Source: Haliotis cracherodii (lineage: Eukaryota). From it: DNA of 64,000 nucleotides. Below the pieces are notes generated by a model. The model was not told where the DNA came from, did not search any database, and worked only from the letters and a program-made list of their open reading frames with translations. Of the stretch, positions 60,911-64,000 are shown piece after piece. The stretch covers positions 35,712,001-35,776,000 of the forward strand of contig NW_027266341.1 of NCBI RefSeq assembly GCF_022045235.1. The letters are read 5' to 3'. Within the stretch, counting starts at the first letter, position 1, and every line of letters begins with the position of its first letter. The position numbers and the translations under genes were made by a program.

Positions 60911-62672
60911 ATAACCCTACAGGTCATTTGGGACAAGAAATATCTTTTCGATACATGCCTTCTTTACGTCCATAGATGATAATGTATTCCATAGTGCACA
61001 AATAATTTCCTGTCTGAATCTATTAATTTTATTCATTCTGCACGTGTGTCCAGCACCCCATTGCTAGCCGTAAAGGCGACTAAATTGGGTACCCATGGAG
61101 ATTCGGGTTATCGGTCCCTTGATTATTTACAGGCCGCCGTCACAGCGCAGTGATATTGATGAATGGAGCGTTAAAAAAACACCAAACCACTATTCATTAT
61201 TTCCATTCCCATTTTATTTTTGTATTTTGCAACTAAAACCTAATCCAACAAGGTTAGGAACCATCGGTATTGCTAACGTTAATTAGACAAGCACTATTTC
61301 AACTAACAGACCAACATCAAAGCAGCGCAACTATGCCATATTCAGCTACTAAGCCGATAAGGAGATAAGCTTCAGTTTTGAATGATCATCTAAGAATTTA
61401 AATGGAAGCCACGTCGGACATGGAATGACGTAGCAGGTGTAACATCAATCTAAATGGTCATCCGTAATAAGCACTCAGGTCACTAATGACCGTTAATGTC
61501 CGCACTGGACACACTTCATCTGCTTCCATAGCGATAACGTAATCACGTCTTTGATCGCGAGATTTGGACGATAACAACGGGACGTAACTCTTCCTAATCG
61601 AAACTTCCGACTATGCGTTTGGCCATTGAGGGGGAGAAGGAACGCGGCTTTATCGTAACGACAACAACAGTTTGTCAATGCAGTCTTTGAAATCCTTTCT
61701 GAGGACTTGACAAGGAATGGTCAGATTGTTTATGTTCTTCAAGGCCCGTACAACAAGCTGATATTACCATCATACCACAGACCCAAAGCTTGCACATGGC
61801 GACCATGATAAGATGAGGTCGAACAGCCTCAAAAGGCTTATCTGTCAAAGACAATAACACTGTGAACCAAGGTCTTTGACTTGGGAGGGGGATTCAAACG
61901 CAAACCATTATCTTTGATACAGAATCTTCACTCAAATAAGACCCCAGAGGCAATATTACGAGAATCTCGAGGAACAGACCTGATATTTCAAATAGTTGCG
62001 TGGAAGATAGCATTTGCCTTTGAACGAACACATCTTACTTTGACGTCAAGAGGAATTTATCAGTGTTTGACAATATAAACACACAATAAAATATTTCGAA
62101 TCTTGCACTAATTGGATCGGACAATTTTATATTGCTGAAAGTAATTATTACGTTAACATAAAGTGACTTTAAAACAAGGAATGAGTGATGTTCCTAGATC
62201 TAATCTTCCGGGACGATTCGGTGACGAATTACGTTGCTACAGTAAACATTAACTGTGGGGACTTTATCAGGTTTGTTTCAACACAAACGAAATTAACTCG
62301 CAATAAAACAAACCAACTTCATTGTGAAACTGACCAGTAACCATTATGGTGATGCGAACATTCCGTTTAAAAGCCATGTTTATTTTTTGTGGCATCTTAT
62401 ATTACCAACATAACGGTAGGAACATTCACGTACCATTATTTAACTGACATTCGATTTGGTAATGTTTATGTCAATGTCGCATTTGAAAGGACTTCAAATT
62501 CATCTTCCTAAAATTTCGTTTGGTTTATACGGTTAACTAGACCATGTCTCATGTTTTCTTCCGTGAAATAGTTTTCGCACATGCATAATCTGGTCTGTTG
62601 TCCACGATAGTGGTGAATGGGGTTGGGGATGGGGATGGGGATGGGGGAGAGGGCTGTCATCATCATAGTATC

Positions 62673-62945
62673 GACCCGTGAAGATTCCGGGGTAGAATAG
62701 GTCTTCTGCAACCCATACTTGCCGTAAAAGGCGACTATGCTTGTCGTAAAAAGGCGACTAACGGGATCGGGTGGTCAGGCTCGCTGACTTGGTTGATTCA
62801 GGTCATCGATCCCAATTGCGTGGATCGATGATCATGATATCAATCACTGGATTGTCTGTTCCAGACTCGATTATTTACAGACCGCCGTCATATAGCTGGA
62901 ATATTGCTGAGTGCGGCGTTAAACAACAAACCAACCAAATAACCA
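62673..62945 (+). mobile_element. Full-length copy of the dominant SINE-like family (5' GACCCGTGAAG...GGCGTTAAACAACAAAC 3'), 14-bp TSD
   Basis: TSD atcatcatagtatc at 62659-62672 and 62946-62959. Confidence 0.9.
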
Positions 62946-64000
62946 ATCATCATAGTATCATACTTTGTTGTTTACCGCCGCGACGTCGGTCTATCAAGAT
63001 ACCAACAAATTTTATAGAGACAAACCAGTGATTGATATTATGAGCATCTTCCCGCACCGTCGGGTAAGATGACACTCAATCAACACTCAGCCGCCTCGTA
63101 CAACAAGCTGTTGCTGGGGACCAATTCTATCTCAGAATTCCCACGAGGTTCAATATAACTAAGCGAACTTTAAGCATGGTCAGAAATCCAGGTTATCTTC
63201 TTTCTAAAAGAAGAATAGCCCAACGAGGTGAAAGAAAGATGTCCTTCGGACAATCGTGATGACCTTTATCCAGGTTAACAAGATAGAACCATCTAACTCT
63301 TCCGCAAAACAACAGAACCGATTTGGTCCAGACTCCATGCCGACATTGGTCAGTCTGACCATCACGACGAGCGATGCAAGGACTCTCCCAGATCCTCACG
63401 ACGCCGATGGTACACTCCGGAACTGACCAGAGGACTCCCACAAGGGTCTAGAGGTCCAATTTCAAAGAACTCATTACTATATAACCACTGTTATCAAGAC
63501 GACTGCGTCGTGTTACTGCGCTATCGTTCCTATACAGGCTAACATTGCCACTTCAAACAAGCCTGGGCAATAAACGCTGGACGGGAACTTGATGAAGTGC
63601 AAATGCGGGGAGGGATGTTGGGGGTTTCAACCGGAGGGGTAGTGTATCTTGTGTATGGGGAGTAGCTAATTACTGCTGTGTGCCTACTGTTTTATACCGG
63701 CGTTAATGATCTGGTTGAGACGAAACATGGGGTAGGGCTGAGCCCGTTGGCGACGTGGGCCGGGGGAAGGAATATCCCTTGAGTCTGGCTAGTCTTGGAA
63801 CCCCAGCATCCTTATAACATCAGACAGTTTAGTTTCCTTGCTCCCCGAGACATGCGTCTGTTTCTGGAAGAATTCTAATCATGGCGCTTCTGTCATGAAT
63901 ATTACGCATATTTCCATTTCTTCGTAACGACTATGTGGTTTAATTTCCCGGGCTAACCTCTCGTCTGTCGAACAATTAAGAATCCGATGCTCAGCAGACA

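Noticed and set aside
63190-64000. Possible retroelement fragment at the window end
   Set aside because: No RT, integrase or endonuclease motif recognised in the frames examined

Overview
Eukaryotic animal genomic DNA, most likely a mollusc; the SINE repertoire suggests abalone (Haliotis-like), which is an inference. The window holds two convergent multi-exon genes. The + strand carries the last 12 coding exons of HERC2 (RCC1-like domain 3 plus HECT; stop at 10385). The - strand carries the last 18 coding exons of a neurobeachin/LRBA orthologue (PH-BEACH-WD40; stop at 22825). All junctions are GT-AG and phase-consistent by hand translation. From 46628 to the window end is one >17 kb NBEA intron that is visibly CpG-rich and has no recognisable exons. 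Main observations: (1) several minisatellite arrays are built from, or sit directly against, RNA-processing signals: about 40 copies of a HERC2 exon end plus splice donor, in-frame multiplied NBEA acceptors, and a multiplied poly(A) signal; (2) a cluster of candidate phase-0 microexons lies between the NBEA BEACH and WD40 regions; (3) a SINE-like family has no tRNA head but a fixed 5' end. Also present: tRNA-SINEs, MITEs, Helentron-like elements and three assembly gaps.
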